Assembly (NCBI GenBank): GCA_963700985.1
Contig: OY969554.1
Span: forward strand, 1,088,001-1,152,000
Direction of reading: 5' to 3'
Source of the DNA: an uncultured Chlamydiales bacterium
GTDB taxonomy: Bacteria > Chlamydiota > Chlamydiia > Chlamydiales > Rhabdochlamydiaceae
DNA: 64,000 nt
In this document: positions 18,563 to 28,393 of the stretch, in pieces
Numbering within the stretch: the first letter of the stretch is position 1
Layout of the letters: every line of letters starts with the position of its first letter
Notes under the pieces: model-generated
Seen by the model: only the letters and a program-made list of their open reading frames with translations
The model's database searches: none
What the model was told of the DNA's origin: nothing
Translations under genes and position numbers: made by a program

Positions 18563-18736
18563 AGCAAAATTTAAAATAATATTCACCTTTGATACTTATT
18601 TATAAAATTAACTTAACAGCTTTTTTTATAATAAAATTTACTGCAAGATAACTAATAATTACTATATTTAAATAATCGAAAACAATTAAGCAACAACATA
18701 TAATTATCGCCATCTTCATTTAAATATGGTGTAATT

Positions 18737-20386
18737 ATGTGTTCTTTAAGATTATCCCCAGAATGCCTTCCTTCTCGTTCTATTTCAAATATGCTTTCAT
18801 TTCTCTCTCATCAAGAAAGCTCACTGCTTGCATCAACTACTAAATCTTGGAATACAAGAATTGATCTGATCTGGGAAGCATATGCTGCTAAACGTTCTGG
18901 AGCTAACGGCCTTGATAAAGTAAGCGACTATTTAACTCACTTTGATTCATTACCCTCTCGCGGATGCTGCACGATTCATACCCATGATGGACGTGTTTCG
19001 TATTTTAAAAATGATGCCTTGAAAATTTTCACTATCTCTTTTCGCGGAACGAATAACGTAGAAAATGCCATCAATGACCTATGGCTTGGGCGCGAGGATA
19101 TCACAAAACTCAAAGAGACGATGACATCAGAAAAGATTGCATTGAAACAAAATGCATGGACGCCAGGTACCGAACTTACTGAGGAACAAATTACAGATCT
19201 CTCAAAGGCAAAAATCCAGGATGCAAATATTTCAGAAGCTACTAAACGCAAAGTCTCAGAGATTTTTACAAGGAGGGGGTTCACACCTATAGAGATGTCT
19301 GCCTTTGCAAACGCCCTCAACAGGATCCATCTTCCTAGTATCTTTGATACATTGGATAGCACGATACCTGTTAATGAGCGAATGACCAGAAAAGCTCACA
19401 GATTGATATCTCATGCTTTCTCTAGTGCAAGTACTAGATTCACACCTGAAAAAATTTCCGAACTCTCAACTAGTCTTCTAACAGTCAAAGCTAGCAATAT
19501 AAAGACAAAAACCCAGCGGTTCGAATTAGCTCATAGAATCATATTTTCGATTTTTCAAGACAAGTTTACCTCAGAAGAAAAAGAAAGAGTAAGGGGAATG
19601 CTCCAGAGGGTATTAAAAACAGATATTCCCTACGACTTTCAATCTTTTGAAATGCACAAGGGATTTGCCTATGAATACAGACAATTGAGAGCCGACATTT
19701 ACCATAAATTAGAAAATGAATTCTTCCCACTTGCAGTTTGCAATTGGCGTATCTTGATAACGGGGCATTCTCTCGGTGGAGCTATGGCAACTCTTTGTAC
19801 AGCAGATTTGCTAATGAATAAAGTCGCACCTGCTAGCCACATTGCTCTTATTACACTTGGGTCTCCTAGAGCCGTGAATTATGATTTCGCAAGATGGATT
19901 GACTCTCAGGGCTTATTCAAGAATATTCGTGTCGAATATGAAAATGATTTTTTTACGTCTGTACCTGCACAAAATAATGGAGCCTTCTGGCATCGCGGTA
20001 AACGAACACATTTGACTATTAATGCAGATAGTCACGATCGAACAGTTGCTTCCACATATGGAGAAGAAAATGGCATTGTGAGACAAGCTGGCAACTTAGT
20101 TTCTACTGCTCTAAGAGTAACAGATGGGATAGATCCTGCTATTTCTCGAATTACAACAAGCACCATAGGCGCTGCGATCGATCTCGGTGGCAGTATAGCA
20201 ATTTTCGCCCTTGACCTTCTGAGCATCCCATTTGTTCTCCCATTTAAGGGCTGGTCTTCTCTTGCTCGAATACAACCTCCTTTATTATCTCCATTTTATA
20301 ATCATGCTTATTATTGGAGTTTTGCACCGTATCAAGAAAATACAAGTCGAAAGGATATTGAGAGAGCAAAGTCAGCCCTTAGCTGA
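18737..20386 (+). CDS. Class 3 lipase with F-box-like N-terminus
   Basis: ISFRGT, MHKGF, ITGHSLGGAMA, TLGSPR, DFFTSVP. N-terminal LPSRSISNMLSFLS...TTKSWN. Confidence 0.8.
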   Translation: MCSLRLSPECLPSRSISNMLSFLSHQESSLLASTTKSWNTRIDLIWEAYAAKRSGANGLDKVSDYLTHFDSLPSRGCCTIHTHDGRVSYFKNDALKIFTISFRGTNNVENAINDLWLGREDITKLKETMTSEKIALKQNAWTPGTELTEEQITDLSKAKIQDANISEATKRKVSEIFTRRGFTPIEMSAFANALNRIHLPSIFDTLDSTIPVNERMTRKAHRLISHAFSSASTRFTPEKISELSTSLLTVKASNIKTKTQRFELAHRIIFSIFQDKFTSEEKERVRGMLQRVLKTDIPYDFQSFEMHKGFAYEYRQLRADIYHKLENEFFPLAVCNWRILITGHSLGGAMATLCTADLLMNKVAPASHIALITLGSPRAVNYDFARWIDSQGLFKNIRVEYENDFFTSVPAQNNGAFWHRGKRTHLTINADSHDRTVASTYGEENGIVRQAGNLVSTALRVTDGIDPAISRITTSTIGAAIDLGGSIAIFALDLLSIPFVLPFKGWSSLARIQPPLLSPFYNHAYYWSFAPYQENTSRKDIERAKSALS

Positions 20387-20462
20387 TTTTTAATAGATCA
20401 GAGACTTTCAGAAGCTATCTATTGCCTGAGTGAGAAATTTGAAGCTGATGAAAAAAGCCTGC

Positions 20463-20882
20463 TCACCCGTAAAGTCTGAGTCCAAGACACGCCATGTAGG
20501 GCGCAATAAAAATTAAAGATATAGCTAATGTTGTGAGAGCTAGCCCAAAACTCGCAGTGAAAGTGACTGGGAACCCGACATAGGTTGTTACTGCAGCTGC
20601 TGAAGCATTTGGAGCAAGCAATGACAGGACCGCAAAAGGCCAAAGGACTAAAGTCGCTATTCTCATTAAACAGCTATCATTTCTTGCACAAAGATCTAAA
20701 TAGTATCCCAGACACGCACCAACAATTAGGGCGACTGCATAAAACACCCCACCAAAAACCATGCCACCTACAAAAGAGAGCTCTGTAACTGCCATCGCTG
20801 CAAGACCACCACCGATTGCAGTCAAACTACCAGTGATTACATAAGGCACAATTCCTGGATCTGGATGAATTCTTGCTGCCAT
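20463..20882 (-). CDS. Small multi-pass membrane protein, copy 1
   Basis: About four hydrophobic segments, AGGTTT RBS, near-identical to 21057..21476. Confidence 0.7.
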   Translation of the reverse strand: MAARIHPDPGIVPYVITGSLTAIGGGLAAMAVTELSFVGGMVFGGVFYAVALIVGACLGYYLDLCARNDSCLMRIATLVLWPFAVLSLLAPNASAAAVTTYVGFPVTFTASFGLALTTLAISLIFIAPYMACLGLRLYG

Positions 20883-21056
20883 AATAAACCTCAATTAAAC
20901 CTAAATCTAGAGTAGGATTAAGGCGCTAATAATACGTAAATATTAAAAAATTGTAAAGATTTAACGAGAGAGCTTCCTTTTATCCACTGACGTATTTAAA
21001 ATTTAATTTACCCACCCAAGCAAGTCTCAAATTTGAATTTTAATGATTAAGCCTGC

Positions 21057-21476
21057 TCACCCGTAAAGTCTGAGTCCAAGACACGCCATGTAGGGAGCAA
21101 TAAAAATTAAAGATATAGCTAATGTTGTGAGAGCTAGCCCAAAACTCGCAGTGAAAGTGACTGGGAACCCGACATAGGTTGTTACTGCAGCTGCTGAAGC
21201 ATTTGGAGCAAGCAATGACAGGACCGCAAAAGGCCAAAGGACTAAAGTCGCTATTCTCATTAAACAGCTATCATTTCTTGCACAAAGATCTAAATAGTAT
21301 CCCAGACACGCACCAACAATTAGGGTGACTGCATAAAACACCCCACCAAAAACCATGCCACCTACAAAAGAGAGCTCTGTAACTGCCATCGCTGCAAGAC
21401 CACCACCGATTGCAGTCAAACTACCAGTGATTACATAAGGCACAATTCCTGGATCTGGATGAATTCTTGCTGTCAT
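21057..21476 (-). CDS. Small multi-pass membrane protein, copy 2
   Basis: Differs from copy 1 by two A->T amino-acid changes. Confidence 0.7.
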   Translation of the reverse strand: MTARIHPDPGIVPYVITGSLTAIGGGLAAMAVTELSFVGGMVFGGVFYAVTLIVGACLGYYLDLCARNDSCLMRIATLVLWPFAVLSLLAPNASAAAVTTYVGFPVTFTASFGLALTTLAISLIFIAPYMACLGLRLYG

Positions 21477-21504
21477 AAAAAACCTAATAAGTTGATTGTG
21501 TAGG

Positions 21505-21540
21505 CCTTTTTAAAGACCCTCCTAAAAATTCACTTCCTAA
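21505..21540 (+). pseudogene. Remnant of the 3' end of the 22653..23534 gene
   Basis: cctttttaaagaccctcct-aa-aaattcacttcctaa aligns to 23497..23534 with 2 mismatches and 2 gaps. Confidence 0.6.
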
Positions 21541-22139
21541 CTCAACACCACAGATTCCGAAGCAACTTTCTCCAGCCTCGCCTTCTTTGCGATATACTCA
21601 TCAGCCAAACGAGATTTAAACATCGGCACTTTTTCCATCAGAGCATAGAACTTTACATCTAAATCCGCTAAGCTTTGAGCATTCTCAATCTCGAGAGATG
21701 CCTGCACATACGCCGGATCCACAGGCTTATTGCCGTATCGAATAGCTCTGTTAACCTGAAGCAACTTGCTAGCAGTTAAAACCCACCAAATGCACAAAGG
21801 GCTCTCTACGCAGATCGAAACATAAGTCAAAACGTCTGGATTACTCAGAAGTTCCTTAAATATATGTGTCAATAGTTTGATAGGCATCGAGACCAACCAA
21901 AAAGTCAGCATCCAGATTCCATACTTTTTATAAGCAAAATAGTAAGGGAGGCAGAAGCCGATCAAAGACATAATTGCCATACTCGAAATTATGTATGTAG
22001 GACTCTCCTGTCCAGGCTCAAAAAGGCATAATACGCACCATACCATTGGTATTACAATTGTTCGAACAACGTGTGCGATCAGCCACTGCTTTCGGATTTT
22101 TGCATCACTTTCACTGAGCACTGGATTAATCTTAGACAT
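21537..22139 (-). CDS. 4-TM membrane protein, paralogue of 23586..24203
   Basis: RKQWL...YFAYKKYG...SLADLDVKFYALMEKVP matches RKHWL...FLAYRRPG...TLEDLDVQFFDLVKKWP. Confidence 0.7.
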   Translation of the reverse strand: MSKINPVLSESDAKIRKQWLIAHVVRTIVIPMVWCVLCLFEPGQESPTYIISSMAIMSLIGFCLPYYFAYKKYGIWMLTFWLVSMPIKLLTHIFKELLSNPDVLTYVSICVESPLCIWWVLTASKLLQVNRAIRYGNKPVDPAYVQASLEIENAQSLADLDVKFYALMEKVPMFKSRLADEYIAKKARLEKVASESVVLS

Positions 22140-22296
22140 TTTCTGCTACTCCTTAAAAATTCTTAAGAATCCAGAAATGAAACCAGAAATTCCGATTTCA
22201 ACACAAGAACAACCATGCCCATTGATCCTTGACATTTGAGTATTATTCTTTAAGATGCATTCTCCTTGAGATTTTAAAACCTATGTAGGAGAAACA

Positions 22297-22656
22297 ATGA
22301 AAATAAAATTCTTAGCCCTATTTTGCTCAATCTTCATTTGCATCACACAAAGTACATATTCAGATTGTCGAGGCTGCAATCAACATGAGACCGCAATAAC
22401 TGCTCCTATTCAGAAAACTTATCTTCAACCCGACCAAATCGCATTCCATAACTCCAAAATCTATGTTCAGCTTGAGGAAGGTATTTTTACTGTTCCCGCA
22501 GTTTTCTCTGATCAACATGGCTTATATATTCCAAATGAAAAGCAACCTCGTGGAAGATGCGAGCCTTATGAATGGAAATGCCCCAATCCTAGATGTGATA
22601 AATGCAATGACTTTTACAATCACAGATGTCCCTCTTGCGGAACTGAGATGGAATGA
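22297..22656 (+). CDS. Small secreted protein with C-terminal RanBP2-type zinc finger
   Basis: Signal peptide MKIKFLALFCSIFICI. WKCPNPRCDKCNDFYNHRCPSC fits W-x-C-x4-C-x3-N-x6-C-x2-C. AGGAG RBS. Confidence 0.7.
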   Translation: MKIKFLALFCSIFICITQSTYSDCRGCNQHETAITAPIQKTYLQPDQIAFHNSKIYVQLEEGIFTVPAVFSDQHGLYIPNEKQPRGRCEPYEWKCPNPRCDKCNDFYNHRCPSCGTEME

Positions 22657-23534
22657 AAGTTTTAAAAGCTGGAATCGCATTTCTATGTCTTTTTGGCATT
22701 GCTTTGGGCCTCTATTTCTCTATTTCAAAAGATGACCCTATCCGCAAAGCCTTAAGCACCATCCCAGCTGACGAAAAGCTGTTTCTAGAATACTTCTTCC
22801 GAGACCTATTGCTCCGTGAAGGCGGAGCGTATGTTCTTAATGGAACCAAGCCTATTACTGAAGAAGATTTCGAGTCTCCTACCCTTCGAGAAGTTTTTTT
22901 CTTTGGAAATCGCTTTCTTAAAAGTGCTGTGCTTCTCAAAAAAGGCTTTGAGATTTGGAACAAGTACCAACACCTTTTCCCCTCTACTAAGTACGCTCTA
23001 CTCTGCTATCAGAATAAAACTGATGGAACATTTCAAGTTCTCTTAATCAACAAGAAAGCAGTCGTTAACGAAATCGAAAAAAACATCGAAGATTTCAAAG
23101 CCATTCTTGGCCCTACAATCACTCCAACTGCCCTGCTCGAAAAAATCATCAGCGAAGATAAGCACCTATCAGAAATTTTAAACGAGCACACAGGTTTGTT
23201 TGGAATGCTCCTCGGATATGGAAAGCACAACTCACAGCTTTTCTACCAAAGAGAGATGCTTCAAGATCAAATTGAAGATAATCAATTCATTCCCAAAAGA
23301 TTCGAGCTGATCGAAGAAAAACTAAACGCAGCAGAAAAAAGATTTCTCGCCACAGACCCAAAGAAAAGAAGAAACCGCTTGATCTTCACCTCTCTCCCAG
23401 CCTTTGTCTTCGATCCCGAGCATCCCGAAACCCAAAAACTCCTAAAAAGCTACGAAGAGCAAAGAAAAGAAATCACAAAATCTTACCAAGACGTCTCCTT
23501 TTTAGAGACCTTCCTTAAGAAATTCACTTCCTAA
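22653..23534 (+). CDS. Hypothetical protein (GAYVLxGTKP / GxLLG[YF]G family), N-terminal signal or anchor
   Basis: ATGA overlap with the upstream gene. Paralogue of 35281..36225. Confidence 0.75.
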   Translation: MKVLKAGIAFLCLFGIALGLYFSISKDDPIRKALSTIPADEKLFLEYFFRDLLLREGGAYVLNGTKPITEEDFESPTLREVFFFGNRFLKSAVLLKKGFEIWNKYQHLFPSTKYALLCYQNKTDGTFQVLLINKKAVVNEIEKNIEDFKAILGPTITPTALLEKIISEDKHLSEILNEHTGLFGMLLGYGKHNSQLFYQREMLQDQIEDNQFIPKRFELIEEKLNAAEKRFLATDPKKRRNRLIFTSLPAFVFDPEHPETQKLLKSYEEQRKEITKSYQDVSFLETFLKKFTS

Positions 23535-23585
23535 TACAACCTCTTGACGTTTCATTTCCTAACTCTGTAGAGTTTCTAATCAATT

Positions 23586-24203
23586 ATGGGGTTTTCTATG
23601 AGAAAAAAATCTATTAACTACACTTATACAGCAAAACAAAAAACAACAAGAAAACATTGGCTATTTGTTACTGCTGTCCTCTGTCTTGGAATACCATTTC
23701 TTTACTATTCTGCGATTTACATCTTATCAGGAAATATTCGTAGCGACTACACCAATTCAATATTGGAATCTGCGATTAGATCATTCTTCGACTCATTGGC
23801 TCTTTGTCTCTTGTATTTTCTTGCCTATAGAAGACCCGGAACACTTTACCTCTCTTATCTACTTGTTGCAGGGCCATTTTTCATGGCAAAAGAGTTAATG
23901 TTGTTGTTGTTGAGACCTACTGAAAAGTGGGACCTTATATTATTTGCTGTTAATCTATTAGTATGTTCTGTGTGGTACACATTAAGTCTTCGTTTAAGAA
24001 AAATAAATATAGAAATCAAATTCAACAGGCAAATTTTTCAAAAATATCTGTCTGCAGCATCTTTAATGGAAAGTTCCACGACTTTAGAAGATTTAGACGT
24101 GCAGTTTTTCGACTTAGTTAAGAAATGGCCTCAATACGAGCCCGATTCCACTAAAAGCTATCACTTAAGAAAAGAAAATCTCCTTACAAATGCCGTGCAA
24201 TAG
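23586..24203 (+). CDS. 4-TM membrane protein, paralogue of 21537..22139
   Basis: Hydrophobic segments and shared motifs with 21537..22139. Confidence 0.7.
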   Translation: MGFSMRKKSINYTYTAKQKTTRKHWLFVTAVLCLGIPFLYYSAIYILSGNIRSDYTNSILESAIRSFFDSLALCLLYFLAYRRPGTLYLSYLLVAGPFFMAKELMLLLLRPTEKWDLILFAVNLLVCSVWYTLSLRLRKINIEIKFNRQIFQKYLSAASLMESSTTLEDLDVQFFDLVKKWPQYEPDSTKSYHLRKENLLTNAVQ

Positions 24204-24352
24204 CAGTGCAATATTTATCCCCTAGGACTTGAAGAAAGCACTATTTTTTAAAAAAATGAGAACAGAAGAAGAAAAAGAGATATGAACTCTTTGCTTTTCG
24301 TGAATTTATCTTATTGAAGGAACTTTACAACCTAAGAACTAGAGAAACATTT

Positions 24353-25822
24353 ATGAGTTTAATCCTTGCTCAAAGGCCAATCCAACAGTCACCCCTGCAA
24401 CAGGTGTTCCAGATTGGAGGAAAGCATAACCCGATGCGCGAGATATGCAGTTATCTCGATGAAACAGCAGTTTCAGCTGCATGTAAAATTTTCCGACAAA
24501 GCAATCAGCAAGAGATGATTGTTGTGAGCAAACAATTGTTAAGTAGAGTCACTTCATTAAACTTGGCTGTTGAGGGAAATCTCAATCTAGAAGAGGCCAC
24601 CGAAGCTTTACGCTCTCTTTTGCCACAGCTGTCAGACTCCGTAACCGCTAGAATTCCCCGTAATCATCTAAATTATTCCGATGCTTTTGAGCTTTTTTCT
24701 GAGGTTGAAGATTGCCTCGTTGCCGGCGCTTCTGATGCAAATAAAAATAATATTTTTCGATATCTTAGCTACCTCGAAAAATTGAAAAACACCCTAGGAA
24801 GAGATGAAGACAGACATAATCCTCTCTCAAGAGAAGAGAATTACAATATATTTAAAGTTCTCTGCAACGCTCTTCTACACGAAAGCCTGACCAAACGTTT
24901 TAAGAAAGCTGTTACAGAACTCGAACAAGGAAATCAACCTCTTGATATAGATAATCCCGAGAAAATTTCGAAGTGTCTAGGAGCTCTGTTTCAAAGCCAA
25001 AAGCAATCTGCAACTACTTATTCTCAAGTACATCTTCTAGAATTCAATAGAATTCAAGCTCAATACGCCGGGAATTTTTCTGTAGAACGTTTTATGCAGC
25101 AAGAACGGCTCGCACACGAAGAGGATAAATTCAAAGACTCGAATTATCAAAAACTTTGGGAAGCAATTAATGGAAGATTTCGACTCCTTCAAATTGATAT
25201 CGGACCCAATCCACCAACCACGCCTTTTCAAATTAAAAGATGGATGCGACTAGAGGAAAACGCTGCCTATCTCCAAAGAATAGATAGCCTACATATTCAT
25301 GGATTATCCCATATTCCTCCTGAGATTGTAAGGCTAACAAACCTTCGAGAGCTTTACTGTATTGGAAATACGTATAATTATCTTAAAGAGCTTCCTCTTT
25401 TTTTGACTAACCTACCTAATTTACGTTGCCTAGACGTTGGACATAATCGAATCGCAATAATGCCCGAACCGATTCACCGACACATAGCTGCTTTTTCACC
25501 AATTTTTCCCGATCTTTGCCGATACGTTCTAGTTCTATGTACCCACCGGCCATGTCATATATACATTGATCATACCTACTTGAAACAGATACCTTTCCGT
25601 ATGTGGTTCAAAATAGACATAAACAGCCCTTTTCAATCATGTTTATCATTTACAGGGTGGCACAACAACGCTTGGGGTCTTTTATTGCTGATCACTCTCT
25701 TCATGCCTCTTGTTGTTCTAAATTGGCTGCTTCGAGATCTAGTCGAACCTATTGTAAGCTTCTTCAGAAATCTTTTAGGCTATGGCAACATGATAGAGGT
25801 CGAACCTCTACAAAGAGGATAA
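24353..25822 (+). CDS. LRR protein with F-box-like N-terminus and C-terminal hydrophobic segment
   Basis: LSHIPPEIVRLTNLRELY and LKELPLFLTNLPNLRCLDVGHNRI. N-terminal NPMREICSYLD...ACKIF. Confidence 0.75.
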   Translation: MSLILAQRPIQQSPLQQVFQIGGKHNPMREICSYLDETAVSAACKIFRQSNQQEMIVVSKQLLSRVTSLNLAVEGNLNLEEATEALRSLLPQLSDSVTARIPRNHLNYSDAFELFSEVEDCLVAGASDANKNNIFRYLSYLEKLKNTLGRDEDRHNPLSREENYNIFKVLCNALLHESLTKRFKKAVTELEQGNQPLDIDNPEKISKCLGALFQSQKQSATTYSQVHLLEFNRIQAQYAGNFSVERFMQQERLAHEEDKFKDSNYQKLWEAINGRFRLLQIDIGPNPPTTPFQIKRWMRLEENAAYLQRIDSLHIHGLSHIPPEIVRLTNLRELYCIGNTYNYLKELPLFLTNLPNLRCLDVGHNRIAIMPEPIHRHIAAFSPIFPDLCRYVLVLCTHRPCHIYIDHTYLKQIPFRMWFKIDINSPFQSCLSFTGWHNNAWGLLLLITLFMPLVVLNWLLRDLVEPIVSFFRNLLGYGNMIEVEPLQRG

Positions 25823-25982
25823 AATGATAGCAACCCTCTTACGGCCAAGAGATGAATGACATTGTAAACGGCTCTTAGGCTCAGAATAGAAAGTGATCCA
25901 AAAAAGATAGATACCTAAAAAAATTCACTTCTTGACTCACTTTTTTCGTATTAATTCGGCCACGTTGAAAAGACATTCTTTC

Positions 25983-26873
25983 TTACATCATGCGCGATCG
26001 GAGATTAGAGAGGACCCTCGAGATTTCAGCTGAGGTTTCATAATCAAGAGGCGGCAGGATTCGCGGATTAAGTGACGATGACTCAGTAAAATATCCAAAG
26101 ACTATATTGACAAGATCTAATGACATTGCCAGAGACTCTTTAAAGATCAGCCAAGTGTCATGCAATTCAGCAAAGGATATGAGAATGGATCCAGCAGTGC
26201 GGGCAATCGGTTCCTCAATGCGTCGAGAAGGGGTTAGAGCAAGTTGTTGGAGATGGGTGAAGAGTTGCTCTCTATCATTGCGATGCAAAAGAGCTGTAAT
26301 GAATGGTGTAATATTATGATATCGTCCAAGAAGCGTATTGATTTCTGCTGAAGGAACATCTCGGCTTCCTGGGGAATAATGCGCATCCTTTCTAACTAAC
26401 CAAGTGATGAGTTCGGGATTAGGACACTGTGCGCGAACGGCCATGTACAAAACTGTTCGTCCGTGCCTGTCTAAAGCGTTAGGGTTACGCGGGGGAGAAA
26501 CTTCGAGCTCATCAAAAGTAACGGGCGGCTCACGATAGATTAGTGGGTGCGCCAGTTCTATCGTATGATCAAACGGCGGATGAGCAATAGCCACCGCAGC
26601 CGGCATGGGAACTAATGCAGCAGGTGGCGCAATAGCTACAGCGGGAGGGACAAAGGGTGGTAAAGCGGCTGGCATCTCGTTAAAATAGGAATAAACGTAT
26701 TTAGCAATTAAATCGACGATTGCAGCCAAGGCCCCGATGAGGGGGATCATCTCTATTGTTGCAATGGAGTAGTGGAGCCATTTCCCTACACACGTAATTT
26801 GTAGATCATTGGCCTGAAGCAAGTGATCATCCGCTAACTCATACTGCCATGAAAAATTAATTGAGCTTGCCAT
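25983..26873 (-). CDS. Ankyrin-repeat-containing effector-like protein
   Basis: NALDRHGRTVLYMAVRAQ...ELITWLVRKDA, an N-terminal hydrophobic segment and a P/A-rich linker. Confidence 0.65.
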   Translation of the reverse strand: MASSINFSWQYELADDHLLQANDLQITCVGKWLHYSIATIEMIPLIGALAAIVDLIAKYVYSYFNEMPAALPPFVPPAVAIAPPAALVPMPAAVAIAHPPFDHTIELAHPLIYREPPVTFDELEVSPPRNPNALDRHGRTVLYMAVRAQCPNPELITWLVRKDAHYSPGSRDVPSAEINTLLGRYHNITPFITALLHRNDREQLFTHLQQLALTPSRRIEEPIARTAGSILISFAELHDTWLIFKESLAMSLDLVNIVFGYFTESSSLNPRILPPLDYETSAEISRVLSNLRSRMM

Positions 26874-27198
26874 GTAATATTTATTTTTACAGTTAATTTT
26901 TGATGCAATATATTTTATTGGTTTAATTCAGGTTTACAACCAAGAAAATCGCATGAAGAAAGGATTTTCATCAAACTTCTTTAAGAAGCTTAACTCTTTC
27001 CTGACATTCTTTCCATTGCAAGATCTCTTTCCTTGTAAGCACCCTCGGAAAAGCTTACTCTCTCCAAATGCACCAGGCTAGGTAGCTGCGATAGTTACAG
27101 CGCTCTCAGGGCTCAGAGGAACCATAGACGCAGGTGGTTTAAAATCAGAGCCAAAAATGGCGCGAGAAAGTTGTTTAATGACTTTCGATTGATCAGGG

Positions 27199-27606
27199 CT
27201 AGGCTTTATTAAGCCATTTCAAACCTTCCGCTTTATTAGGTTGTGCAACCAACCCATCATTATGCATTATTGCCAAACGGTATTGCGCGCCAGCATTTCC
27301 GCCCTCTGCCGCAACTTTAAGCAGCTTTGAAGCTTCCTGATAATTTCGCCCAACACCCTCACCCTTATAGTACATCTCGCCAAGCTTGAAGTAAGCTTGA
27401 GCAACCTCGCGAGTTTCACTTACACTCATAGGTTCTGCACACGCTTTTGCCGTTGGGGATGCCGGAGCTTCCGAGATGCTACTCTTACAGCTATCATAAA
27501 CTTTTGAGGCTTTACACTCTTCTCGAGGTCCTCTTTGTGTTGTGAGAAAACATTGACCATTAGGAGATGCTACTGGTTGGATTGAGCCCAGAACTTTTAC
27601 TGCCAT
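27199..27606 (-). CDS. SEL1-like repeat protein, possibly truncated
   Basis: AYFKLGEMYYKGEGVGRNYQEASKLLKVAAEGGNAGAQYRLA. Stops mid-repeat at KWLNKA*. Confidence 0.7.
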   Translation of the reverse strand: MAVKVLGSIQPVASPNGQCFLTTQRGPREECKASKVYDSCKSSISEAPASPTAKACAEPMSVSETREVAQAYFKLGEMYYKGEGVGRNYQEASKLLKVAAEGGNAGAQYRLAIMHNDGLVAQPNKAEGLKWLNKA

Positions 27607-27787
27607 AATTGAATTTCCAAGTATATTTTTTCTAAAACACAGAAGAGTTACAAATAAAACTCTCAAAGAATGCAGAAAAAATTTAAATTCGTTAATCCAA
27701 GCGAAGCAGTTTTTTGCTTATATTTTCCAAGATAGAAACTTTTTAGAGCTTACTCTTCAGCAGCTAATGGAATAAGGATTTTCTGTC

Positions 27788-28393
27788 TTAATTATAGATA
27801 TAAAATGTCGGTTTTTGAGCCTGATTAGGATTTGCAAATTTGTAGTTTTTGACAAATTCCTTAAGAAGCTTTTGGACTGCTCCTACAACCTTATCCTCAG
27901 ATTTAATATCCAATGGTGAATCTACAAAATCGTTAATAGACCATACCCTTGGCATGGATTTTACATTGGTTTTACTGATAACAACGGAAGTCTCAACATT
28001 GAGAGTAACTCGGGAGATAGGAAGCTCTCCTCCATCCCATTTAGAAACACGACCTATCAAGATGTTTAATATGCTCCCTGTTCCAAAGCCATTCATATCC
28101 TCGCTTTTGGCTTTGATGATAGTTCCTATGGAACCTAGCTCCTTTTCGATAATTGCTTCGACCTTCTTATTAACCTCAGAACTTTGAAGGGAATAAGGAG
28201 GAATCACAGCAAAGGCGTTTAGTCCTTCCAAAGGATTGCCACTGAAGAAAACTGGCACGTCTTGAAAGTTTAGGTAAATTCCGGGATTCCTCTTGAGTCT
28301 CTCTATGTTGCTATCTTCATTAACGTTATCCGCACAAAATCCATGCGCAGAAAACAATGTCAGAATCAATAGATGTGTGAGTGTTCTTTTCAT
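27788..28393 (-). CDS. Secreted hypothetical protein
   Basis: Signal peptide, GGAGG RBS and ATGA overlap with the upstream gene. Confidence 0.7.
   Translation of the reverse strand: MKRTLTHLLILTLFSAHGFCADNVNEDSNIERLKRNPGIYLNFQDVPVFFSGNPLEGLNAFAVIPPYSLQSSEVNKKVEAIIEKELGSIGTIIKAKSEDMNGFGTGSILNILIGRVSKWDGGELPISRVTLNVETSVVISKTNVKSMPRVWSINDFVDSPLDIKSEDKVVGAVQKLLKEFVKNYKFANPNQAQKPTFYIYN

Larger units (their letters stand above)
20455..21485. repeat. Near-identical direct repeat (20455..20891 and 21049..21485)
   Basis: Offset 594 bp. I see only 3 substitutions in the 420-bp CDS. Confidence 0.92.
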
